A DNA stretch of 64,000 bases from a virus. Below, piece by piece: positions 10,795-20,179 of the stretch (its first letter is position 1; each line of letters begins with the position of its first letter). The DNA is taken from IMG/VR virus record IMGVR_UViG_3300017788_002882, positions 37,717-101,716 of that record, one strand, 5' to 3'. The notes beneath the pieces were generated by a model. It was not told the DNA's origin. It saw nothing but the letters and a program-made list of their open reading frames with translations, and made no database searches. The translations under genes were made by a program, and so were the position numbers.

Positions 10795-11378
10795 AAAAGG
10801 CATTAATCGGCGCAGGAGGGTTTGCAGATGAGATAAAGGCTCAGATGAATGAGTTTGATATGATTTGTTTTGTTGATGATTTTTATTACAAAGAAAATAA
10901 TAAAAATATCCTACCTCTATCAGAATTTAATCCTGCCGAATATGAAGTTTTGGTCGCAGTGGGCGATAGTTTTTTACGAAAAGATTTAATTAATAGATTG
11001 CCAAAAGAAACTAAGTATTTTACATTCATACATAGTTCTGCACAAATATTAGGAAATGATGTGGAAATTGGCGAAGGTAGTGTTGTATGTGCGGGAACAA
11101 TAATAACTACAAATTGTATAATAGGAAAGCATACGCATTTAAACTTACATACAACAATTGGGCACGATTGTAGAATAGATGATTACTTTACTACTGCTCC
11201 TGGTGCAAAAATATCTGGAAATAATCAAATAGGTGAGTGTGTGTACATAGGAACAAATGCATCAACTAAACAAAAGTTAAAAATATCAGATAATGTAGTG
11301 GTTGGGATGAACGCAGCAGTTGTAAAAGATATTTCTGAACCAGGAACCTATGTAGGAGTTCCATCAAGAAAAATATAA
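10791..11378 (+). CDS. NeuD/PglD-type sugar acetyltransferase (left-handed beta-helix)
   Basis: IGAGG Rossmann-like start, hexapeptide repeats, IGHDC and GTYVGVP motifs. Confidence 0.85.
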   Translation: MKKALIGAGGFADEIKAQMNEFDMICFVDDFYYKENNKNILPLSEFNPAEYEVLVAVGDSFLRKDLINRLPKETKYFTFIHSSAQILGNDVEIGEGSVVCAGTIITTNCIIGKHTHLNLHTTIGHDCRIDDYFTTAPGAKISGNNQIGECVYIGTNASTKQKLKISDNVVVGMNAAVVKDISEPGTYVGVPSRKI

Positions 11379-11387
11379 TTTACACAT

Positions 11388-14300
11388 ATGAAGTCATTCA
11401 TTACTCACACAACCGAAAATTATGAACATATAACATTGAATTTGGTTAAAAGTATTAACAAATATTCTGACTATAAAATTATTGTTTACACAATAGACTA
11501 TGATGGTTCTGAAACCCTAAAAAAAGAAACTGAATGTATTAGATTGGATTTGAATCTTCCAAATTTGGACGATTCTAGTTTCGTTTCAGATTTGAATGGT
11601 AATTTATATGTGAATCGAGGACAATTAAGGACTTATCTAACCTTAGGGGCTAAAATTGACGTTATGTTGTCAGCATCGTCGATTGTTGACGAATGGATTT
11701 ATATTGACTCAGATAGTATTGTCAATACAAATATTGATGAGTTATTCTATTATTGTGAAAAAATTACAGATTTTCCTTTAGCAAGTTTAGGGCCCCAACA
11801 ATACGTTTTAATTGTTGATTCTGATGGTAAAGTGAGGGGAAACCCTTATTGGAAAGAAAACGGAACTATTGATAATGAAAATACTTTAGAGTGGCCATTA
11901 ATGAGATTTATGGGTATGAATCCGAATCAGAGAAGTGATTATAGAACCACAAATTTGATTGTAGGAAATTTCAAAACTAAAGAGTTTTTGAGGACATGGA
12001 AAGAACTCAAAGATTTTTTACCGAAATTTGTATCACTAAAGACCATTGTTCCTTATCACGAAGAAACACTATACAATGTATTAACTTGGAAAATTAACCC
12101 GAATCATGAAGGGTTGCCTATTTCATACATAAATGTTGATAGTTCCTCCACATTAAACCACTTTTTTTCGTTTGAATCAAAAAAATTAACGAGATTAGGA
12201 GCCTTTTACACCATACCAGAAAATAAAAATGAAATCAAGATTTTCCACGGAGAAAAACGACAATCAGAAATTGATAAGATGTTTGAAATAATTGATAGTC
12301 AGAAAAAAATCAGAGTATTATTTCTATCCCCCCATCTTTCAACGGGTGGGATGCCATCTTATCTATTAAAGAGAATCGAATCTTTAATTTCATTGTATTC
12401 TGACGTTGAAATTTATGTTGCGGAGTTTTGTGAATATTCAACTCTCTATACAGTCCAAAGGGACAGGATAAAACAACTCATACCTGAAAATAGATTTTGG
12501 ACAATTAATACTCTGAGTAATCACACTGTTGAAAATTCAATGAAGGTTATAGACATCATCAAGGAAAATCAAATAGATGTTGTCCATATTGATGAAATGG
12601 TGGAGGGATTCGATTCATTCAATAAAATGCCAAATGAGTTGAAAAACGCTCTATATACTGATGATAGAACATGGAGAGTTGTCGAGACTTGTCATAATAT
12701 TTGGTTTGACCCCAACACTTCCAAATCGTTTCATCCCGATGCTTATGCTTTTTGTACTCCATACCATAAGGAAGTTTCTTTCAAAAACATGCCGTCTCGG
12801 AAAGAGGTTTTCGAATTTCCTATCGAAAACCGATTCAGAACTCGTGAAGAACAAGTCCGTTGTTTGGAAACTTTGGGATTGGATACTTTGAAGGTTCACG
12901 TTCTTAATGTTGGACTTTGGACTTCAGGGAAAAATCAGAAAGAAGGTCTCGAAATTGCAAGACATTTCCAAAATTACAATGTAGAATTCCATTTTGTTGG
13001 TAATCAAGCATCCAACTTTGAAAGCTATTGGGGACCGTTGATGAACGATTTACCTTCAAACGTCAAAGTTTGGGGTGAAAGAAGTGATGTTGAAACTTTC
13101 ATGAAAGCTTCAGATGTTTTGATGTTCAATTCCACTTGGGAATGTAATCCTTTAGTAATCAGAGAAGCTGCTTCATTTGGTCTTAAGATTATTGCTCGAG
13201 ATCTGCCGCAATATGTTGGAATGTTCAAGGGACTTATTTGCCCACTCGAGAATGATATACTATCGAATGTCCATTTGTTGAAAAGGCTCATTTCATCAAC
13301 ACGAAATTATAAAGTTTTGGATGGAATGACCTCGGAATTTGCTAAAAAACATTATGACTTATATAAATCAATTATTACTCAATCACCAACGAAGAACGTG
13401 AAAAAAAATTCGAATGTGAAAATCAAAAAATACTTCATCACCCAACCTTTCTTAGAAATAATTGGAGAAAGTGATAGTGAGTTCGAAGTCAAATTTTTCG
13501 ATGAAAAAGGTATTTGCCATTATAAAAACAAAATAAAGTCAAACCACTGGGTCAGATTGAATAGACAATACTTTACTAAATGGAATACAAAGATTTATGA
13601 AAATGGTCTTTTGATATATGATAAAACTTTGAATTATAGTGATAAAAGGGTTTTTATTAACTTCGATAGTAAATCTTTGGGTGATACTGTTTCTTGGATT
13701 CCTTATGCACTCGAATTTAAAAAAGCTCACAACTGTGATGTAGTTGTTTCAACGTTTTGGAACCATCTATTTAAGGAAGTTTATCCTGAATTAGAATTTG
13801 TCCAACCAGGAACTGTAGTACACAATATTTTTGGGCAATATAATCTTGGGTGGTTTTGGGACGAAAGTAAGGAACCTGAATTACCTAATACAATCCCATT
13901 ACAAAAAGCCGCATCGAATATATTGGGTCTACCTTTTAGTGAAATCAAACCAAGAATCCATTATAAAATAGGTGAAAGACCATACTCCGAGAAGTACATT
14001 ACAATTGCAACAAATTCCACAGCGGGATGTAAATTTTGGACTAAAGAAGGTTGGCAACAATTGATAAATTATCTAAACTCAATAGGATATAAAGTTGTCA
14101 ATGTCTCGAAAGAAAATAATCCGTTCGACAACTGTGTAAAATTGCAAGATACTTCTATTGAAAATACAATCAATGTTATTCACCACAGTGAATTTTTTAT
14201 TGGACTCTCAAGTGGATTGTCTTGGTTGTCATGGGGAATTGGAAAACATGTGGTTATGATTAGTAACTTTACAGAAGCCGACCACGAATTCACATCGAAT

Positions 14301-14480
14301 TGCACAAGAATTACGAATCCAAGTGTTTGTAACAGTTGCTGGAATAACCCTAACTACAAGTTTGATAAAGGAGATTGGAATTGGTGCCCAGTTCATAAAG
14401 GAACAACTCGCCAATTTGAATGTCACACATCAATAACATCTGAAATGGTGATAAATAAAATACAACACTTATTAAAATGA
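11388..14480 (+). CDS. Three-domain glycosyltransferase: GT-A-like, GT4-like, and TibC/Aah-like autotransporter heptosyltransferase domain
   Basis: YIDSDS in the N-terminal domain; PHLSTGGMP, KNQ and ECNPLVIREA in the middle; SLGDTVSW, FIGLSSGLSWL and VCNSCW...WCP.H.GT.RQFEC at the C-terminus. Confidence 0.8.
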   Translation: MKSFITHTTENYEHITLNLVKSINKYSDYKIIVYTIDYDGSETLKKETECIRLDLNLPNLDDSSFVSDLNGNLYVNRGQLRTYLTLGAKIDVMLSASSIVDEWIYIDSDSIVNTNIDELFYYCEKITDFPLASLGPQQYVLIVDSDGKVRGNPYWKENGTIDNENTLEWPLMRFMGMNPNQRSDYRTTNLIVGNFKTKEFLRTWKELKDFLPKFVSLKTIVPYHEETLYNVLTWKINPNHEGLPISYINVDSSSTLNHFFSFESKKLTRLGAFYTIPENKNEIKIFHGEKRQSEIDKMFEIIDSQKKIRVLFLSPHLSTGGMPSYLLKRIESLISLYSDVEIYVAEFCEYSTLYTVQRDRIKQLIPENRFWTINTLSNHTVENSMKVIDIIKENQIDVVHIDEMVEGFDSFNKMPNELKNALYTDDRTWRVVETCHNIWFDPNTSKSFHPDAYAFCTPYHKEVSFKNMPSRKEVFEFPIENRFRTREEQVRCLETLGLDTLKVHVLNVGLWTSGKNQKEGLEIARHFQNYNVEFHFVGNQASNFESYWGPLMNDLPSNVKVWGERSDVETFMKASDVLMFNSTWECNPLVIREAASFGLKIIARDLPQYVGMFKGLICPLENDILSNVHLLKRLISSTRNYKVLDGMTSEFAKKHYDLYKSIITQSPTKNVKKNSNVKIKKYFITQPFLEIIGESDSEFEVKFFDEKGICHYKNKIKSNHWVRLNRQYFTKWNTKIYENGLLIYDKTLNYSDKRVFINFDSKSLGDTVSWIPYALEFKKAHNCDVVVSTFWNHLFKEVYPELEFVQPGTVVHNIFGQYNLGWFWDESKEPELPNTIPLQKAASNILGLPFSEIKPRIHYKIGERPYSEKYITIATNSTAGCKFWTKEGWQQLINYLNSIGYKVVNVSKENNPFDNCVKLQDTSIENTINVIHHSEFFIGLSSGLSWLSWGIGKHVVMISNFTEADHEFTSNCTRITNPSVCNSCWNNPNYKFDKGDWNWCPVHKGTTRQFECHTSITSEMVINKIQHLLK

Positions 14481-15148
14481 ACTTAGACCAATTTGTATGG
14501 GAACCAAAATGTTATAATGGATTCCGCGAAACCGTAGAACAAGAAATTTTTATTGATAAAATTTATGAAAGACATGTTCGAGTTGAAGAAGGTGATGTAG
14601 TTTTTGACATTGGAGCAAGTTTGGGGCCATTCACATTTTCTATATTAGATAAATCCCCGTCACAAGTTTTTGCTTTCGAACCAAGTTACGAAGAATTCAA
14701 AACATTGGTCCTTAACACAAGACATGGGAACGTAACTCATATCAATAAGGGCATTAGTAACATTGTAGGAGAATTTAATTTTACAGACGTATTCGATTTG
14801 ACAGGGAATCACAAACTATATTCAACATCATTTAAAAAAGTTATTGAAGATTATGGAATCAAAAAAATTGATTTTTTGAAAACGGATTGTGAAAGTGGTG
14901 AGTATGAGATTTTCACTTTAGATAATTTGTTTTGGATTAAAAACAACGTAAAAAAAATATCAGGTGAGTGGCACTTGAGAACTCCTGAACTTAAGGAAAA
15001 ATTTAAGATTTTTAGAGATGTTTACCTACGATTTTTCCCAAACTTCAAAATATTTTCTTTCGATGGAGTTGATATTACTTGGTCAATTTGGAATGAGGAT
15101 TTTATTCCGTACTATAATGAAGTTATGATATACATTGATAATAGATAA
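14477..15148 (+). CDS. FkbM-family methyltransferase
   Basis: VFDIGASLG, AFEP and IDFLKTDCESGEY motifs. Confidence 0.85.
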   Translation: MNLDQFVWEPKCYNGFRETVEQEIFIDKIYERHVRVEEGDVVFDIGASLGPFTFSILDKSPSQVFAFEPSYEEFKTLVLNTRHGNVTHINKGISNIVGEFNFTDVFDLTGNHKLYSTSFKKVIEDYGIKKIDFLKTDCESGEYEIFTLDNLFWIKNNVKKISGEWHLRTPELKEKFKIFRDVYLRFFPNFKIFSFDGVDITWSIWNEDFIPYYNEVMIYIDNR

Positions 15149-15166
15149 AGACTTTGAGTTGCACTA

Positions 15167-15174
15167 TATTTATA
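15167..15174 (+). promoter_or_regulatory. TATTTATA motif upstream of the ATP-grasp/Hint gene
   Basis: Exact match 22 nt before the ATG at 15197. Confidence 0.45.
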
Positions 15175-15196
15175 CTTAAGGAAAAAACAAAAAAAT

Positions 15197-17935
15197 ATGA
15201 AAGGAACAGTATTCTCAGCCGATTTTGTCAAAGACTCTAACGGAAACTTAAGATTATTAGAACTGAACACGGATACAGGGTTTATAGATCAGGAATTAGT
15301 AAATTTTGATTTCAATGGATTCTTGACTGTATTGTCTTCTAATAACATCACAACATTAGACATTATTTATAAACCATTTTTGCACATTGATTTTGTTAAT
15401 AAATTGATAGAAGAGGTGAATAATACCTTACCACTTATTTCAATCACCTTACATGATGAAAACATTAATTCAATCTATCCGACATCAGTTCCTGATGCCG
15501 CAGATAAATTTGTGTTGAGATTAGCTTACGACGAAACTGCAATATTTGATAGTGTTTACTGTAAAAATAGATTGAATGTTTATAATTTGTTCACTGAAGG
15601 TTCAATTACAGACAACTGTGTTGGTTATTACCATTCTTCATCTTTGGGAACTTTTGACACCTTAACAAAAGAGGTAAATGCCTCTAATATACCAGATGCC
15701 GCGATAAAAGACATTTACGAATCATTCAATCCAATTGATTTTTACAAAATAAATGTTGACAATGGAACAGTTGAAGAAAATTGGGATAATTTTATTCAAG
15801 ATAAATCTGCAGAAGATATTCTGATTGAACAATACCATTTTCATTCGTCAACTCTCGATGAGAATAACCACGTTACGTCTATCAGATTTTTTGCAATAGT
15901 ATATGGCCCTAATTTAGACATTCTTCCTTTACATAGTTACAAAATAAGTTCAATATTCGAACTACCCACTTCGATTGATTTGGAAGAAAACTCAAATAAA
16001 GTGAAAGATTATCATTTTTATGAATTTGCAACTAATATGTTCAAAAAAGATTCTGCTGGAATCTTATCTTCACACGAAGTTTTAATGGGGGACCAAACTT
16101 GGGAAGAAATATCCGAGATTCAGGTTGGAGATAGTATTCAATCTTATTTAATTAGTGGTTCACCACAAAGTGAATCTGATTTAAATTCTTTGAGTTGGAA
16201 CTATGAAGGTGACGAATTTCCTGAAGGGTCTTATCTAACAACCTCCAATGTAGTATTCAAAGATGTTGCCAATTTAAAATATAATTCTATGATGGAAATG
16301 GTAATAGATAGTGATTCATTATTTTCAGGCATTAATAAAAAATATTTAGTCTATGATAGTTTAACTAATAAAAGTAGTTATAAATTTATCTCAGAAATCA
16401 ATGCAATTACAGACTACCTTTATGACATAAATGGACAACTAATTCAAGTTGATGAACTAAATTTTTATGTATCTTCAGAAAATGGGTTGTCGTTTGTAGA
16501 ACTTGATGTTGAAGATTCGGACACTTATATTATAAATGGATCTACAGCGTTTCATAGTGTAGTTTCTCATAACGCTCCTTGTTTTGTAGCAGGAACTCCG
16601 ATTTTGATGGCAGATGGAAGTCAGTTGAACATTGAAGATGTAAAAATTGGTGACAAAATTTTATCATTCGATTTTAAAAATAATGATTCAAAAATTGGAC
16701 AAGTGCTCAATATATTTTCAAGAAAGGTTAATAAAATTGTCGAATATGAATTTTCTAATGGTGGAATACTCAAATCTACATTGGACCATCCATTATATGC
16801 TTTAGACAAAGGATGGTCATCATATTCTGAAACCTTATCAAATAATTTGTACAGTTTAGAAGAGTCTGTTAAAAAAATTGAAGTCGGTGATACTATAAAG
16901 TTTTACGATAGTACTTCAACTATTACTCAAATGCAAGTTTTTGATGGAGATTTTACGGTTTACAACTTATCAGAAATCGAAAAATACCATAATTACTACG
17001 CTAATAATGTCTTAGTCCATAATCGATTTTGTTTTGTAAAAGGTACAATGATTGAAATGGCAGATGGGACATCAAAAAAAATTGAAGATGTTAAAATAGA
17101 TGATTTAGTAATTTCTTTTAATGAAGAAACAAAAACTAAGGAATCTCAAAAAGTTACAAAAATAGTTTCCCCAATTCACAACGATTTAGTAATTTATCAT
17201 TTCGAAAACGGTAAAAATATTACTTGTACATTTGACCATCCATTCTATGTAAATGGTTTAGAACTAGCTTCATATAAACCTTCTTTGACAAACGACAGAT
17301 ATAAACTTGGTGTCGATGTTTCCCAAATAAAAATCGGTGATGTTGTCAACTTAATTGATGATACGTTTACTACAATAACTTCATTCGAGGAATTAGAAAA
17401 GTCTCAGACTGAAACTTTTATATTTGAAGTAGAAAATAATCATAATTTTTATGCAAACGGTATTCTTACTCACAACAAATTCTGTTTCATAGCAGGAACA
17501 AAAATTTTGTTAGAAGACGATATCGAAAAAAACATAGAAGAAATACAAATCGGTGATGTAGTTTTATCATATAACGAAGAAAAAAAAACCATCGAACCCA
17601 AAAAGGTTACAAACACTTCTTCACCAATACATGATGATTTAGTAGAATATACTTTATCGAATGGGATTAAAATAACTTCAACTTTTGACCACCCGTATTA
17701 TGTTAATGGTTTGGAACTTGCGTCTTACAAACCAGAGTGGACCAATGAAAGATACATTTTACCTTCCAATGTGATTGAAATTAGAGTTGGAGATTTTGTA
17801 AATCTGTCTGACAATGAAACTGTAAAAATTGAATCTATAATGGAATTAAGTCGAATTAACACTCGGACGTATATCATTTCTGTGGAAGACAATCACAATT
17901 TTTACGCAAATAAAATTTTAGTACATAACAAATAA
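15197..17935 (+). CDS. Circularly permuted ATP-grasp-like domain fused to four tandem Hint (intein-like/BIL) domains
   Basis: N-terminal SADFVKDSNGNLRLLELNTDT resembles the D-F...LLE-x-N-x-D-T motif of glutathionylspermidine-synthetase-type ATP-grasps. Hint domains: G288-N459 (degenerate), C462-N609, C612-N760 and C763-N911. Hint 2-4 have CFxxGT starts and TxDHP; all four end in HN. Confidence 0.8.
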   Translation: MKGTVFSADFVKDSNGNLRLLELNTDTGFIDQELVNFDFNGFLTVLSSNNITTLDIIYKPFLHIDFVNKLIEEVNNTLPLISITLHDENINSIYPTSVPDAADKFVLRLAYDETAIFDSVYCKNRLNVYNLFTEGSITDNCVGYYHSSSLGTFDTLTKEVNASNIPDAAIKDIYESFNPIDFYKINVDNGTVEENWDNFIQDKSAEDILIEQYHFHSSTLDENNHVTSIRFFAIVYGPNLDILPLHSYKISSIFELPTSIDLEENSNKVKDYHFYEFATNMFKKDSAGILSSHEVLMGDQTWEEISEIQVGDSIQSYLISGSPQSESDLNSLSWNYEGDEFPEGSYLTTSNVVFKDVANLKYNSMMEMVIDSDSLFSGINKKYLVYDSLTNKSSYKFISEINAITDYLYDINGQLIQVDELNFYVSSENGLSFVELDVEDSDTYIINGSTAFHSVVSHNAPCFVAGTPILMADGSQLNIEDVKIGDKILSFDFKNNDSKIGQVLNIFSRKVNKIVEYEFSNGGILKSTLDHPLYALDKGWSSYSETLSNNLYSLEESVKKIEVGDTIKFYDSTSTITQMQVFDGDFTVYNLSEIEKYHNYYANNVLVHNRFCFVKGTMIEMADGTSKKIEDVKIDDLVISFNEETKTKESQKVTKIVSPIHNDLVIYHFENGKNITCTFDHPFYVNGLELASYKPSLTNDRYKLGVDVSQIKIGDVVNLIDDTFTTITSFEELEKSQTETFIFEVENNHNFYANGILTHNKFCFIAGTKILLEDDIEKNIEEIQIGDVVLSYNEEKKTIEPKKVTNTSSPIHDDLVEYTLSNGIKITSTFDHPYYVNGLELASYKPEWTNERYILPSNVIEIRVGDFVNLSDNETVKIESIMELSRINTRTYIISVEDNHNFYANKILVHNK

Positions 17936-17938
17936 ACT

Positions 17939-18091
17939 ATGGATATTACAAAACACCCAAATCTATATAAAAAGAAACCACTAAGCGAAGTAAAGAATAG
18001 AACAACTTCATATTTGTCTAATACTGAAAAAGCTAGATTAGACAGTGTAATCAACAAGTTTTTTGAATTATTCATCGCTAAACATTTGTAA
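17939..18091 (+). CDS. 50-aa Lys-rich peptide (MDITKHPNLYKKKPLSEVKNRTTSYLSNTEKARLDSVINKFFELFIAKHL)
   Basis: Manual translation; fills the gap exactly, starting 3 nt after the Hint gene stop and overlapping the next gene as TAATG. Confidence 0.7.
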   Translation: MDITKHPNLYKKKPLSEVKNRTTSYLSNTEKARLDSVINKFFELFIAKHL

Positions 18092-18546
18092 TGGATGCAT
18101 ACAATTACATAAAAAATCATGTTTTTGTAAAACTTAAACCAAGCAAAATTTCGGGTGTAGGAGTCTTTGCGATTAAGGAAATTCCAATGGATACAGAATT
18201 GTTTCATGTGTGGGAAGGTAAAACTGGATTCTATCCCATTTCACAGACCGAATTGAATGATTTGGATTCTGATTTACAAAATCACATTCATGATTTATTT
18301 TTATTATCTACTCAATTTCCATTAGACACTAATATCTATGTTAAGTTGACTAAAGGTTGTCATTGGATTTACACAAATCCATACTATTTTGTTAATAGTG
18401 GGTTTTATACTAAAAATGCAAACATTGATAAAGAAAGTATGAAATCAATCGAACATATTAGGAAAGGTGAAGAACTTTTGAGTAATTACCAAAGACATGA
18501 AAAAATAGATACACAATTTTATGGTTCAGTTAATAAAATTATCTGA
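18091..18546 (+). CDS. SET-domain methyltransferase
   Basis: PSKISGVGVFAIKEI, FVNSG and IRKGEELLSNY motifs. Confidence 0.8.
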   Translation: MDAYNYIKNHVFVKLKPSKISGVGVFAIKEIPMDTELFHVWEGKTGFYPISQTELNDLDSDLQNHIHDLFLLSTQFPLDTNIYVKLTKGCHWIYTNPYYFVNSGFYTKNANIDKESMKSIEHIRKGEELLSNYQRHEKIDTQFYGSVNKII

Positions 18547-19120
18547 TAAATTCACAATTTACAAATCTCACGACGAGAATTTTTCTAATATCAAAAACGA
18601 TTGCATCAAATATGTGAAATTAAATGATTCATTAGTTATTCACCCAACTCCACAAAATAAAAACAATTCAATTTGGGTAGAAATAAAATCTGAATGTTTT
18701 TTAACCATTAACAACTTAATCAAAAGTCATGTGGAAAAAATTTCTGGTGAAAAATTTAAAAATTACGCTGAACATTTTTGGATATATACCCAAACTAAAG
18801 GGTTTAATTTAGAATGGATGCATCAACATCTATTAGTTCATCCACCTGGAGTATCATTTATTAAAACAGATTATACTTTCACATACTATTTTCAAACCCC
18901 AACTGATATAAGTGGAGATGAGGGTCACATAGTATTTGAAACTGAGGATGGTGTAAGACATAAGTTTTTACCTGAAGAGGGAGATTTTTTTATTTTTCCA
19001 GCAGACATACGACATACTGCAATACCGACTCCTAACTCTGAGATAGATAGAATCGTTTACGCAGGAAACCTATGTTTAAACATTGAAAATCAACGAGAAA
19101 TTGGGACAACTTTAATTTAA
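18521..19120 (+). CDS. Putative 2OG-Fe(II) oxygenase (TIGR02466-like)
   Basis: HQH, TFTYYFQTP, EGDFFIFPADIRH and RIVYAGN motifs. Confidence 0.75.
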   Translation: MVQLIKLSDKFTIYKSHDENFSNIKNDCIKYVKLNDSLVIHPTPQNKNNSIWVEIKSECFLTINNLIKSHVEKISGEKFKNYAEHFWIYTQTKGFNLEWMHQHLLVHPPGVSFIKTDYTFTYYFQTPTDISGDEGHIVFETEDGVRHKFLPEEGDFFIFPADIRHTAIPTPNSEIDRIVYAGNLCLNIENQREIGTTLI

Positions 19121-19128
19121 TAAAAATC

Positions 19129-19602
19129 ATGACACCATTTGAATATATAAAAAACTATGTAGTGAGTGCACTAAAGCCAAGTCGTATTCACGGAGTTGGA
19201 TTTTTTGCAATCAGAGATATTGAAATTGGTGAATCAATATTTAATCCTTGGTTTGGTGAAAGTGGGATATATTCTATCGACCACGATGAATTATTTCAAT
19301 TACCAACGGAATTACAAAAAACAATGTTAGAAACTTTTGACAATAAAATATTCTATATTAACAAAGAAAACCAAGAACAATACATAGAAAAAGAGTATGG
19401 TAAAATTTTCTTCCCATTAGAAAAAGGGTTTCATTGGATTTATATTTGGCCGAAAACTTTTATTAATAGTGGATTAAATAACGCGAATGTCGATACAATT
19501 AATCATGTTAATCCAATTGCATTAAGAAAGATATACAGTGGCGAAGAACTATTAGCGAACTACGGCTCAGAATTTAAGACTACTCCGAAAAACTTTATAT
19601 AG
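19129..19602 (+). CDS. SET-domain methyltransferase (paralogue of 18091)
   Basis: PSRIHGVGFFAIRDI, FINSG and IYSGEELLANY motifs. Confidence 0.8.
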   Translation: MTPFEYIKNYVVSALKPSRIHGVGFFAIRDIEIGESIFNPWFGESGIYSIDHDELFQLPTELQKTMLETFDNKIFYINKENQEQYIEKEYGKIFFPLEKGFHWIYIWPKTFINSGLNNANVDTINHVNPIALRKIYSGEELLANYGSEFKTTPKNFI

Positions 19603-19619
19603 AAACCCCTATAAAAAAA

Positions 19620-20174
19620 ATGACACATAATGTAAAATACAATTGGGAGTTCAATAAAGAAGACATACTTCGAAAAGTCTATAAAAATAAATCCCTACTG
19701 AAACAACCAAATGGTAATACATCACAAAACACAGATGAATTAATGTTTTGTTGTAGAGAATTTGACTCCATCAAAAATTTTGTTGTTAATCAGTATTTTG
19801 AATTAAAAAAAACTCAACATGTAGATTATGCGGTCAGTATGTGGTCTTACATCCAAACAAAAGATTTGCCTCCATCGAATTATATATGGCACACACACTC
19901 AAAATTAGATGGAGGTAGAACCCAACTTAAAACTGATTACACATTTGTTTTCTATGTACAAATACCCCCAAATTTGGAGAATGGGGAAGGTGACTTATTG
20001 ATTAAAGATAAAAACAATCATATTCATAGGATTACACCAAAGGAGGGTGAAATCATTTTTTTCCCTGGATATTTATGGCATGTTCCAACACACACACCAA
20101 CATCTACTATTGATAGGGTTGTTATTGCGGGAAATATTTCTTCTGAATTTTTATTAAATACCGTTTTAATATAA
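19620..20174 (+). CDS. Putative 2OG-Fe(II) oxygenase (paralogue of 18521)
   Basis: WHTH, KTDYTFVFYVQIP, EGEIIFFPGYLWH and RVVIAGN motifs. Confidence 0.75.
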   Translation: MTHNVKYNWEFNKEDILRKVYKNKSLLKQPNGNTSQNTDELMFCCREFDSIKNFVVNQYFELKKTQHVDYAVSMWSYIQTKDLPPSNYIWHTHSKLDGGRTQLKTDYTFVFYVQIPPNLENGEGDLLIKDKNNHIHRITPKEGEIIFFPGYLWHVPTHTPTSTIDRVVIAGNISSEFLLNTVLI

Positions 20175-20179
20175 TAAAT

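Noticed and set aside
16580-17929. Canonical mobile inteins
   Set aside because: There is no homing endonuclease, no C/S/T at +1, and the exteins are only 1-2 residues, so these are BIL-type Hint domains.
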